Positions 1 through 8,476 of a stretch of DNA of 64,000 nucleotides are shown in pieces. Origin of the DNA: Nitrospirota bacterium. Its GTDB lineage: Bacteria; Nitrospirota; Thermodesulfovibrionia; Thermodesulfovibrionales; JdFR-88. How positions within the stretch are numbered: position 1 is the first letter of the stretch; each line of letters opens with the position of its first letter. The notes beneath the pieces were generated by a model. That model worked only from the letters and a program-made list of their open reading frames with translations. It had not been told where the DNA came from and ran no database searches. The stretch is from NCBI GenBank assembly GCA_021825295.1, contig JAKAHV010000002.1, positions 3,141-67,140 of the forward strand, given 5' to 3'. Both the position numbers and the translations under genes were made by a program.

Positions 1-318
1 ACCTCTGGCCGGGAACTCGACTCCTGCCTCCTGCTGGAGACGAAAAACGAGGAGCAGAGGCGCGAGATCGTGCGCAAGATCGGCATTGAGAGGGTATGCC
101 GGGAATTAAAGGCAAAGACAATCGACAGTTGGAACGGGTATGAGCTCCTGGAGCTTCCGCTTCCGGGCATGGCTATAAGAGCCAAATACCTGAAGATGAG
201 AAATCCGAGCCTGGGGGTCTATCATCTGGAGGGTGTGCCGCCGGATATAAAGACCTGCCGGGACGCCCTGAGCTGGCGTATAGGAGGGCGCGAATGGAAT
301 CCCGCGATATTGACCTGA
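1..318 (+). CDS. hypothetical protein, C-terminal part (ORF open to left window edge)
   Basis: Frame 1 is stop-free from nt 1 to TGA 316-318 (TSGRELDSCLLLETKNEEQRREIVRKIGIERV...). The ORF-track entry 70..318 is only its GTG-initiated tail. No family recognised with confidence. Confidence 0.45.
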   Translation, partial: TSGRELDSCLLLETKNEEQRREIVRKIGIERVCRELKAKTIDSWNGYELLELPLPGMAIRAKYLKMRNPSLGVYHLEGVPPDIKTCRDALSWRIGGREWNPAILT

Positions 319-617
319 TAGTGCAGGGAGACGTCTTTCTCTTCAAGTCCGAGATGCCGGTGGGCGCGACAAAGGTGGACCCGGTGGCTGGACGTTTCGT
401 GATCGCAACCGGCGAGACCACGGGACATGCCCACGTCGCCGGCGGCGAAGTGGAGCTGTACGAGCTGGAGGGGGTCCTCTATCTTAAGGTGGCCGGTCCG
501 GCTGAAATCACGCACGAAGAGCATCTGCCCCTGGCGCTTGAGCTCGGGACGTGGCAGGTGGGGATTGTGAGGGAATTCGATCCATTCCTCGAAGAGTGCA
601 GAAACGTGGCGGATTAG
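294..617 (+). CDS. small hypothetical protein (107 aa)
   Basis: ATG 294 overlaps the preceding ORF by 25 nt. Beta-rich sequence with ATGETTGHAH motif and coding-like codon usage. Function unknown. Confidence 0.45.
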   Translation: MESRDIDLIVQGDVFLFKSEMPVGATKVDPVAGRFVIATGETTGHAHVAGGEVELYELEGVLYLKVAGPAEITHEEHLPLALELGTWQVGIVREFDPFLEECRNVAD

Positions 618-713
618 GGAACAGGCAGATGCCAGCCCGCAAATCTGGCGCAGGCCCGAAGGATCAGGGCGGCTGAGAAATCCGGGGCGCATGATGTAGA
701 ATAAAACTGCATA

Positions 714-1193
714 ATGTTTATCCTGCAAAAGGTCTTCGGCGCCCGAAGGGCTGCCGGAGCCTTTATTTTTTTGTTTTCGATTGCCGTGCTTTCCCTGGCC
801 CCCGCCGCGTACGCCTTTACGTCCGGCGCGGATGCGATTGCCGGCACCTGGCTTACCCGGAATGGGGACGCGCAGGTGGCGATATACAGGCAGGGTGGGC
901 AGTTTTTGGGAAAGCTGGCCTGGCTCCGGCAGCCAAACGATGACAACGGCCGCCCCTCCCTTGACGGCAACAACCCGGACCCGCGGCTGCGCGGGCGCCC
1001 GATACTGGGCATGGTGATAATACACGCGGCCTACATGGGCGGAAATTCCTGGAAGGGCAGGGTTTACGACCCAGACAACGGAAGCACATACAGTTGCTCA
1101 ATCACCATGGCATCCCCCGATGCCCTGAAATTGAGGGGATATCTGGGATTCTCCATCTTCGGAAGGACCGAGACCTGGAAGAGGGTGAAATAA
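714..1193 (+). CDS. DUF2147-like secreted protein
   Basis: Signal peptide (...SLAPAAYA). Then GTWLTRNGDAQVAIY...GKLAWL...LDGNNPDPRLRGRPILG...WKGRVYDPDNGSTYSCSI...LKLRGYLG, a pattern I associate with DUF2147. Confidence 0.75.
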   Translation: MFILQKVFGARRAAGAFIFLFSIAVLSLAPAAYAFTSGADAIAGTWLTRNGDAQVAIYRQGGQFLGKLAWLRQPNDDNGRPSLDGNNPDPRLRGRPILGMVIIHAAYMGGNSWKGRVYDPDNGSTYSCSITMASPDALKLRGYLGFSIFGRTETWKRVK

Positions 1194-1209
1194 CGGGGAG
1201 TCTTCCCGG

Positions 1210-1506
1210 TCAGTAACGCTTCAGGCGAACGAGGGTGGCGCCCCATCCGCCCGCCCCTTCATCCGCGAGCCGGAAAGAAGACACTTCCGCCATATGCCTG
1301 AGAATGGAGTGGACTTTTTCCCGGAGCGCCCCGGTCCCCTTGCCATGGATGATGCGCAGCTCGAATATCCCGCGCTCTCGGCACAGGCGGATGTATTCCG
1401 GCAGCAACTCCCCCACGTCCGACGGATCGAAGGTGTGAAGGTCCAGGACCCCGTCTATGGGAAGCCGGACAGGGCCGGCCTCATCCGCATTTTCCTCTTC
1501 GTCCAC
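1210..1506 (-). CDS. Smr domain protein
   Basis: 98 aa. LDLHTF...ELRIIHGKGTGALREKVHSIL...GGWGATLV is the Smr (MutS2 C-terminal-like) domain pattern. Confidence 0.8.
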   Translation of the reverse strand: MDEEENADEAGPVRLPIDGVLDLHTFDPSDVGELLPEYIRLCRERGIFELRIIHGKGTGALREKVHSILRHMAEVSSFRLADEGAGGWGATLVRLKRY

Positions 1507-1575
1507 ATATAGAGTTTATCAGGAAAGAGGCAGAGGGTTGGGAGCGGGTCAAAAAAGTCCTATAATGAACTTGGA

Positions 1576-1935
1576 ATGTCTTACATCCTCCTGGCCGATA
1601 TTGTGGTTTTTGTCCACCTCCTCTGGATTATCTTTCTTTTCGTCGGCGCGTACTGGGGAAGGAGAAACCTGGCGGTGGGGATTTTGCACGTCTCGGGGCT
1701 CATCTTCGCGCTTCTCATCCAGGTTTTTGACTGGTACTGCCCTCTCACCACGCTTGAATACTACCTGCGGGAAAAAGGGTCCCTCCGGGGGGCATATACT
1801 GGCGCCTTCATAACCCATTACGTCCGCAAGCTCGTGTACCTTGACGTATCGAGGGAATTTATATTCGCCGCAACCCTGCTTTTAATCGGCGTAAACCTTT
1901 GGCTGTACCTTCGCAGGCCCAAAAAAAGAATATAG
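1576..1935 (+). CDS. DUF2784-like small membrane protein
   Basis: 119 aa with hydrophobic segments. VFDWYCPLTTLEYYLR motif is typical of DUF2784. Confidence 0.65.
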   Translation: MSYILLADIVVFVHLLWIIFLFVGAYWGRRNLAVGILHVSGLIFALLIQVFDWYCPLTTLEYYLREKGSLRGAYTGAFITHYVRKLVYLDVSREFIFAATLLLIGVNLWLYLRRPKKRI

Positions 1936-2047
1936 CACCCCCTTTTTGGGCCTTTTCGTCTCCTTTTGTTTTCGTGATATAGTGTGTTATGCTTTTTGCA
2001 CTGGTCTTTTACAGCATTCCCTTGAAGAGGTTTTTAATTTAACCGGC

Positions 2048-2578
2048 ATGAAACGCATTGTAATGGTCGATGAAGATGACAATCCGATAGGCCTTGAGGA
2101 GAAGGAAAAATGCCACGAGGGAGATGGCATCCTGCACAGGGCCTTTCTGGGGATGGTCTTCAATGATAAATGCGAGATCCTTCTGGCGAGAAGGGGCCAG
2201 TCGAAGAAACTCTGGCCGGGCTGGTGGGACGGAACCGTGGCCAGCCATCCGTCAGAGGGCGAAAGCTACGAGCAGGCAGTGGCCAGAAGGCTGCGGGAGG
2301 AGCTGGGCATTGAGGCCCGGGAGATGAAATTCCTGTTTAAGTTCCGTTACCAGGCCAGATACGGGGCTGTTGGCTCGGAAAACGAGCTTTGCGCCGTCCT
2401 GGCGGTCAGGGTGGGATCGGACAGGATTTGTCCCAACCCGGAAGAGGTCTCCGAAGTCAGGTTCGCGGACCCGCGTAAGCTGGCCGGTGAGGCTGCCGGC
2501 CTGTATTGCCCCTGGTTCCTGCTGGCGCTCGAAAATATCGACTTAAACCCCCTTGAGATATGCGAGTCCTTTTCCTGA
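2048..2578 (+). CDS. type-1 isopentenyl-diphosphate isomerase-like Nudix protein (catalytic Cys position is Ala)
   Basis: Internal ATG 2048 (MKRIVMVDEDDNPIG) of ORF 1946..2578. It aligns by eye along its whole length with E. coli Idi (LHRAF, KKLWPGWW..., ELGIE, FRYQA, SENEL, CPWF). However, WTNSVCGHP is WDGTVASHP here. Confidence 0.75.
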   Translation: MKRIVMVDEDDNPIGLEEKEKCHEGDGILHRAFLGMVFNDKCEILLARRGQSKKLWPGWWDGTVASHPSEGESYEQAVARRLREELGIEAREMKFLFKFRYQARYGAVGSENELCAVLAVRVGSDRICPNPEEVSEVRFADPRKLAGEAAGLYCPWFLLALENIDLNPLEICESFS

Positions 2579-4017
2579 ATCCGCCCTCATTCATGGGTTT
2601 TGACGGAGGGGCCGGGGCCCGTTATCAGGCAAGGCGGGAAATCCGCTCTTTCTGGTATCCGGCCTGGCTGGCCTACGCCGCGGGGCTTGTGAAGGAAAGC
2701 CTTCTTGTCGACGCCCCTCCCGCGGACATGGGGATCGATGAGGTAATCCGGGCAGGCAAGGGGTTTGACATGGTTGTCATACACACGAGCACTCCCACTC
2801 TGGCAAATGACAGCCGGGTCGCCCAAAAATTCAAGGAGGCATATCCCGGGATCCTGATCGGGTTCGTAGGCCCCCACGTCATGACCCTTCCGCTTGAGAC
2901 GCTTCAAAGCTCCGGGGCCATCGATTTTGTCTGCACGGGGGAGTTCGATTACACCATAGCCGAGATCGCGGAGGGGAAGGATTTCCGGAAGGTAAGCGGG
3001 TTAGCCTACCTTCAGGATGGAAAGCTCGTGCGCACGCCGGAGCGCCCCCTGATAACCGATCTGGACGCGCTGCCGTTTGTCACGGACATCTACGCCCGCG
3101 ACCTGAAGATAGAGAACTATTACGACGGATACCTGGACTACCCCTACATGGCCATATACTCGGCGCGCGGCTGCCAGGCCCGCTGCGCGTTTTGCCTCTG
3201 GCCGCAGACAATCGGCGGCAGGACCTGGCGCGCCAGGAGCCCCCGGAACGTCTACGAGGAGCTGAGCCACGCCAAAGAACTCTTCCCGCAGGTGAAGGAG
3301 TATTATTTCGATGACGATACGTTCACGGGAAATCCGGCGAGGGCCGAGGAGATAGCGAAACTGATCGGCCCCCTGGGGCTGAAATGGTCCGCGACGGCCA
3401 GGGCGAACGTGCCGTATGAAACCCTGAAGGTCCTCAGGGAAAACGGCCTCCGGCTCCTTGTTGTCGGCTTCGAGTCCGGCAACCAGCGCATACTGAACAA
3501 CATCAGGAAAGGGATCACGGTGGAGGGGGCCAGGAAGTTCGTAAAGGCCTGCAAGGACCTTGGCGTGCTCATACATGCCTGCTTCATAGTGGGGCTGCCG
3601 GGCGAGACCGCCGGGACGATCGAGGAGACCATCCGTTTCGCCAAATGGATCGATCCGTACAGCATCCAGGTGTCTCTCCCCGCGCCTTACCCGGGGACGG
3701 AGCTCTACAGGCAGGCGGTGAAGGAGGGGTGGCTTACCGGGCAGGAGGATGCCGCCCGCGTGGAAGGCAAGTCCGGCGGGCAAAAGGAACTTGTAAAAAG
3801 CGGGATACAGACGGCGGTCCTCTCCTATCCTCACCTTCCAAAGGAGGAGATATTCGAGGCTGTCGAGCGCTTTTACAGGCGCTTCTATTTCAGGCCGCGC
3901 CCCGTGCTGAGGATTTTGAAGGAGATGCTGTCGGACCGCGAGGTCTTTAAACGGAGGGCCAGGGAGGGCAAGGAGTTTCTCTCCTTCATGGCCAGGAGGA
4001 AGGAAGTGGCCCGCTAG
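2560..4017 (+). CDS. hpnJ: hopanoid biosynthesis radical SAM protein HpnJ
   Basis: N-terminus LFLNPPSFMGFDGGAGARYQARREIRSFWYPAWLA. B12-binding-like domain, then the radical-SAM cysteine box ARGCQARCAFCLWPQT. Sits next to hpnK in a hopanoid cluster. Confidence 0.85.
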   Translation: MRVLFLNPPSFMGFDGGAGARYQARREIRSFWYPAWLAYAAGLVKESLLVDAPPADMGIDEVIRAGKGFDMVVIHTSTPTLANDSRVAQKFKEAYPGILIGFVGPHVMTLPLETLQSSGAIDFVCTGEFDYTIAEIAEGKDFRKVSGLAYLQDGKLVRTPERPLITDLDALPFVTDIYARDLKIENYYDGYLDYPYMAIYSARGCQARCAFCLWPQTIGGRTWRARSPRNVYEELSHAKELFPQVKEYYFDDDTFTGNPARAEEIAKLIGPLGLKWSATARANVPYETLKVLRENGLRLLVVGFESGNQRILNNIRKGITVEGARKFVKACKDLGVLIHACFIVGLPGETAGTIEETIRFAKWIDPYSIQVSLPAPYPGTELYRQAVKEGWLTGQEDAARVEGKSGGQKELVKSGIQTAVLSYPHLPKEEIFEAVERFYRRFYFRPRPVLRILKEMLSDREVFKRRAREGKEFLSFMARRKEVAR

Positions 4018-4043
4018 GGCCCCCTTTTCAGCGGCCGGAGCAA

Positions 4044-4901
4044 ATGTCCCCATCCGTCCCTTCGGGATGCCTCATAGTTAATGCCGATGATTTCGGCGCC
4101 AGCCATTCCGTCAACCAGGCGGTGCTCCGGGCCTGCCGCGAAGGGGTCCTCAGATCGGCCAGCATCATGGCGGGGGGTGCGGCCTTCGAAGAGGCGGCAA
4201 TGCTTGCGCGGGAGCTGCCGGAGATGTCGGTCGGCATACATGTAACCCTGGTTGACGGCGCTTCGGTGCTTGGGCCCTCAAAGATCCCGGGTCTTGTCGA
4301 CGAAAGGGGTTTTTTCCCGCGAAGCCCGGCGAAGGCCGGAATAAAATACTGGGTGCAAAGAGGGCGGATTTCAGGCCAGATCGAGGCCGAGATCGAAGCC
4401 CAGTTCGACCGCCTGCAGGAGGCTGGAATCAGGCCGCTGCACGCCGACTCCCACCACCACCTGCATGTTCATCCCGTTATTTTCAGGGTTCTCTGCCGGG
4501 TGGCGGAAAGGCGGGGCGTGAGGTGGATAAGGATACCGCCCGGGCCTTTGGCAGCGGATTTACGGCTGGCCGGCCCATCCGGAATCCCGGAATGGGTGGT
4601 TTTCAAGGCCCTTGCTTTTGCCAATGCCCGGGTTGCCCGCAGCCGCGGGCTTCTTTCCCCCTGCACCTATGGTATTTCGCGCCCCGGCCGGGTAAGCACG
4701 GATTATCTTGTCCGTCTTGTATCGAAAATCGATGCGCCGGTCGCAGAGATTTTCGCCCACCCGGACCTGGACGGCGCGGGCAGGGTGGAGCTTGAGGCCC
4801 TCACGTCGGGGGAGGTGAGCCGGGCCATTTATTCGCGCGGGTTTGCCGTTGCGGGGTTTAAAGATATTTGCGAAAGGTATAAAATTGCTGATACCCGATA
4901 A
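4044..4901 (+). CDS. hpnK: YdjC-like deacetylase, hopanoid-associated HpnK
   Basis: LIVNADDFGASHSVNQAVLRACREGVLRSASIMAGG...HADSHHHLHVHP is a YdjC-family pattern. Position directly after hpnJ. Confidence 0.8.
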   Translation: MSPSVPSGCLIVNADDFGASHSVNQAVLRACREGVLRSASIMAGGAAFEEAAMLARELPEMSVGIHVTLVDGASVLGPSKIPGLVDERGFFPRSPAKAGIKYWVQRGRISGQIEAEIEAQFDRLQEAGIRPLHADSHHHLHVHPVIFRVLCRVAERRGVRWIRIPPGPLAADLRLAGPSGIPEWVVFKALAFANARVARSRGLLSPCTYGISRPGRVSTDYLVRLVSKIDAPVAEIFAHPDLDGAGRVELEALTSGEVSRAIYSRGFAVAGFKDICERYKIADTR

Positions 4902-4926
4902 CAATATGTCGGAGGTTTTTTAAACA

Positions 4927-5367
4927 ATGAAGACTTTGGCTATTATTTTTGTTGCCGCGCTTTGCGCGGCGGCTGGAGAGACCTTTCTGAGCTACGGCAT
5001 GAGGAGGATAGGGGAGGTCAACTGGCGTCACCCGTCCGAATGGATGAGCTGGTTCGGAAGCGTGATCACGTCCCCTCACATTGTGGCCGGTACGGCCCTT
5101 CTGGCCTGCTTTTTTCTCCTTTATCTCATATCTCTTGCCAGGGCGGACCTTAGCTACGTCATGCCTCTTACCTCTTTTTCCTATATCGCGGCCGCCTTCC
5201 TGGCCAAGATATACCTGAAGGAGGATGTCACCTGGTACCGGTGGGCCGGCATCATGGTCATCATAGTGGGGATAACCCTTATCGCAATGGGCTCCAGCGG
5301 GAGCCGGACGGCGGGACCGGGCGGGGGCCGTCCGGGCAAGGGAATTGAAAAACCTCTCGAAAATTAA
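4927..5367 (+). CDS. small 4-TM EamA/DMT-like membrane protein
   Basis: 146 aa with four hydrophobic helices and a Gly/Pro-rich tail. Single EamA-like half-transporter architecture (ArnE/ArnF-like size). Lies between hpnK and shc. Confidence 0.6.
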   Translation: MKTLAIIFVAALCAAAGETFLSYGMRRIGEVNWRHPSEWMSWFGSVITSPHIVAGTALLACFFLLYLISLARADLSYVMPLTSFSYIAAAFLAKIYLKEDVTWYRWAGIMVIIVGITLIAMGSSGSRTAGPGGGRPGKGIEKPLEN

Positions 5368-5402
5368 ATATAATTGACTTTCGGATATGCGTTTGTTATG
5401 TT

Positions 5403-7427
5403 ATGGCTAAGCAAGACGAGGCGCTAATTCAGGGTATGAAAATTAATAACCGCTGCAGCTTCAAAAATTATCCTATTGTCACCCATCACGGCCTGAAGGG
5501 TGAGCTGAAACCATTTCCGAAGACGCCGAGCCTGGCTGAGGAAGTGGAATCCGCGGTGAAAAAGACCCAGTCCTACTTCCTGGCGGCGCAGCATGAGGAA
5601 GGCTATTGGTGGGACGAGCTTGAATCCAACGTCACAATCACGGCCGAGTATCTCATGCTGCTTCATTTCCTCGGCATCAGGGACCGCCACAGGGACAGGA
5701 AGATAGGCTCCTATCTGCTGAACAAGCAGAGACCGGACGGGACATGGCCGATTCATTATGGCGGCAAGGGCGACCTTAACGCGACGATAGAGGCGTATTT
5801 CGCCCTGAAACTGGTCGGGATGGGCCCGGACGAGCCGCCTTTGCGGAGGGCCAGGGAATTCATCCTGGCGGAGGGCGGGGTTGGGGCCGCGAGGGTCTTC
5901 ACCAAGATATTCCTGGCGCTCTTCGGGCAGGTGAGCTGGAAGGAGCTGCCCTCCATGCCGGTGGAGATCATGCTGCTGCCGCCCAGGTTCCCCTTCAGCA
6001 TCTACAACTTTTCAAGCTGGGCGCGCTGCACGATAGTGCCGCTGTCGATAATACTGGAGATGAGGCCTGTTGTAGAGCCCCCGGAGGGCGCGCGGATAGA
6101 CGAGCTTTACGCGAAGGGGGAGAGGGCGGCGGGCAGGCTGAAACCCGGCATGTTCCGCCGGTGGATAAAGAAATTTTTCCTCATGCTGGACAGGACGATG
6201 AAGGGCCTGGAGAGGTTCCCCATCAGGCCGCTCAAGCCAAAGGGCCTCAGGGCCGCGGCGAAATGGATAATCGAGCACCAGGAGAAGACGGGGGACTGGG
6301 GCGGAATACAGCCGGCGATGGTGAATTCCATATTGGCTCTTTCAGCGCTTGGGCACGGCGTGGAGAGCCCCCCGGTGGCAAGGGGGCTGAAGGCCCTGAA
6401 GGAATTCACCATAGAGCAGGACGACGGGCTTGTGCTTCAGTCCTGCATATCGCCCGTATGGGACACGGCGCTCACCTGCCTGGCCCTTGTGGCGTCGGGC
6501 ATCCCAAGGGAGCACCCCGCGCTTTCGAAGAGCTGCCAGTGGCTGGCGTCCAAGCAGATAGACAAGAAAGGCGACTGGAGCATAAAAAGGCCCGATCTCG
6601 AACCGGGCGGCTGGGCGTTCGAGTTCGTAAACAATCTATACCCGGACGTTGACGACTCGGCCGTGGTGCTGATGTTTCTTAACGGCTATGTCCATGCCGA
6701 GGGGCTTTCGGAAAAGATAAACAAGGGCATCAACTGGGTCCTCGGGATGCAGGGCAGCGACGGCGGCTGGGGGGCCTTTGACGTGGACAACAACAAGGAA
6801 ATCCTGAACCAGATACCGTTTGCCGACCTGGAGGCCATGATCGACCCCAGCACTCCGGACGTGACCGGACGGGTGCTGGAGATGCTCGGCATCGCGGGCT
6901 TCGGGATGTCCGACCCCAGGGTGCAGCGCGCCATAAGCTACATCAAAAAGGCGCAGGAGGAAGACGGCTCATTCTGGGGCAGGTGGGGTGTCAACTACGT
7001 CTACGGGACGTGGTCCGTGCTGATGGGCCTCAGCTCCATAGGCGAGGACCTCTCCAAACCCTACGTGCGGCGGGCCGTCAGGTGGCTTAAGAACTTCCAG
7101 AACCTGGACGGAGGCTGGGGCGAGTGCTGCGAATCTTATTGCGACACCCGCCTGAAGGGGCACGGTCCGAGCACCCCGTCCCAGACCGCCTGGGCGCTTC
7201 TGGCCCTGATCGCGGCCGGAGAGGTGGACTCCGAGGAAGTCGTCCGCGGCATACATTATCTGCTGGAGACTCAGAATGCCGACGGCACCTGGGACGAGGA
7301 AGAGTTCACGGGCACCGGTTTCCCGAAATATTTCATGATCCGCTATCACAACTACCGAAACTGCTTTCCGCTGCTGGCGTTAGGCAGGTTTCTTGGAGCG
7401 AAGAAGGCCCGGGGCAGAAAGATTTAA
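5403..7427 (+). CDS. shc: squalene-hopene cyclase
   Basis: 674 aa. QHEEGYWWDELESNVTITAEYLMLLHFLG; repeated QW motifs; catalytic DVDDSAVV (DxDD) motif; C-terminal GFPKYFMIRYHNYRNCFPLLALG. Confidence 0.95.
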   Translation: MAKQDEALIQGMKINNRCSFKNYPIVTHHGLKGELKPFPKTPSLAEEVESAVKKTQSYFLAAQHEEGYWWDELESNVTITAEYLMLLHFLGIRDRHRDRKIGSYLLNKQRPDGTWPIHYGGKGDLNATIEAYFALKLVGMGPDEPPLRRAREFILAEGGVGAARVFTKIFLALFGQVSWKELPSMPVEIMLLPPRFPFSIYNFSSWARCTIVPLSIILEMRPVVEPPEGARIDELYAKGERAAGRLKPGMFRRWIKKFFLMLDRTMKGLERFPIRPLKPKGLRAAAKWIIEHQEKTGDWGGIQPAMVNSILALSALGHGVESPPVARGLKALKEFTIEQDDGLVLQSCISPVWDTALTCLALVASGIPREHPALSKSCQWLASKQIDKKGDWSIKRPDLEPGGWAFEFVNNLYPDVDDSAVVLMFLNGYVHAEGLSEKINKGINWVLGMQGSDGGWGAFDVDNNKEILNQIPFADLEAMIDPSTPDVTGRVLEMLGIAGFGMSDPRVQRAISYIKKAQEEDGSFWGRWGVNYVYGTWSVLMGLSSIGEDLSKPYVRRAVRWLKNFQNLDGGWGECCESYCDTRLKGHGPSTPSQTAWALLALIAAGEVDSEEVVRGIHYLLETQNADGTWDEEEFTGTGFPKYFMIRYHNYRNCFPLLALGRFLGAKKARGRKI

Positions 7428-7444
7428 ATGGGGGTTTTCTTCAG

Positions 7445-8476
7445 ATGAGGGCGCTCGTTACGGGGGCGACGGGTTTTATAGGCTTTCACGTGGCCATGGA
7501 GCTTTTGAGGGAAGGTTTCGATGTCCGCGCCCTGGCAAGGCAGGGAAAGAATATCGCCCCGGAGCTTTTAAAGCTCGGCTGCGAAGTTTTTGAGGGCGAT
7601 ATCAGGGATTTTGATTCCGTCTGCCGCGCGGTCAGGGGCGTGGATGAGGTCTATCACGTGGCCGCGGACTACAGGCTGTGGGTCCCGGACCCCGGGCGGA
7701 TGTACGAGACGAACGTCACCGGGACCGTAAACGTGATGCGGGCCGCCCTTGAAGCCGGCGCCGGCAAGGTCGTCTACACGAGCAGCGTTGGCACCCTGGC
7801 CGCCCAGAAGCGGACCGGGGAAAAAATCGTCCCCTCGAACGAAGACACGCCGGTCGGCATCGGGCAGATGATCGGCCATTACAAGAGGTCCAAATTCCTC
7901 GCCGAACGGGAGGCGGAGAAATTCGCCCTCAAGGGCCTTCCGGTCGTGATCGTGAACCCCTCAACCCCTATCGGCGCGATGGACAGAAAGCCTACCCCCA
8001 CCGGGGCCATGATCGTAAGTTTCCTGAACGGCAAGGTCCCCGCGTATCTGGACACCGGGCTTAATTTCGTCAGCGTTCATGACGTCGCCCTCGGACATCT
8101 GCTTGCCGCCCGGCACGGCAGGACAGGCGAAAAATATATCCTCGGGGGCTACAATATGACGCTGAAGGATTTTTACGTGGAGGCCTCGGCCGTCTCCGGA
8201 ATGGAACCGCCGAAGGTGCGGCTGCCTTACAGGCCGGTGCTTCTGGCCGCTTATGTAAACGAAGCGCTCTCGAAGCTGACCGGCAAGGCCCCGGCAATCC
8301 CCCTTACGGGGGTGAGGATGGCTGGCAAATACATGTATTTCGATACATCCAAGGCGCGCTCGGAACTGAAGATGCCGCTGGCGCCCATAAGGGAGGCCAT
8401 CCGGGAGGCCGTGGAGTGGTTCATCGCGAACGGCTATGTGGGCGCGCGCAAGATGGCGGGCAGGTACGCGATATGA
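7445..8476 (+). CDS. hpnA: hopanoid-associated NAD-dependent sugar epimerase/dehydratase HpnA
   Basis: Internal ATG 7445 (MRALVTGATGFIGFHV, Rossmann GxxGxxG). YxxxK (YKRSKF). The upstream part of ORF 7124..8476 overlaps shc and is rejected. Confidence 0.8.
   Translation: MRALVTGATGFIGFHVAMELLREGFDVRALARQGKNIAPELLKLGCEVFEGDIRDFDSVCRAVRGVDEVYHVAADYRLWVPDPGRMYETNVTGTVNVMRAALEAGAGKVVYTSSVGTLAAQKRTGEKIVPSNEDTPVGIGQMIGHYKRSKFLAEREAEKFALKGLPVVIVNPSTPIGAMDRKPTPTGAMIVSFLNGKVPAYLDTGLNFVSVHDVALGHLLAARHGRTGEKYILGGYNMTLKDFYVEASAVSGMEPPKVRLPYRPVLLAAYVNEALSKLTGKAPAIPLTGVRMAGKYMYFDTSKARSELKMPLAPIREAIREAVEWFIANGYVGARKMAGRYAI

Noticed and set aside
5378-5401. TTGACT-N17-TATGTT promoter-like string before shc
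   Set aside because: The -10 element ends only 2 nt before the shc ATG, so the TSS would fall inside the coding sequence. shc is more likely co-transcribed with the upstream hpn genes.
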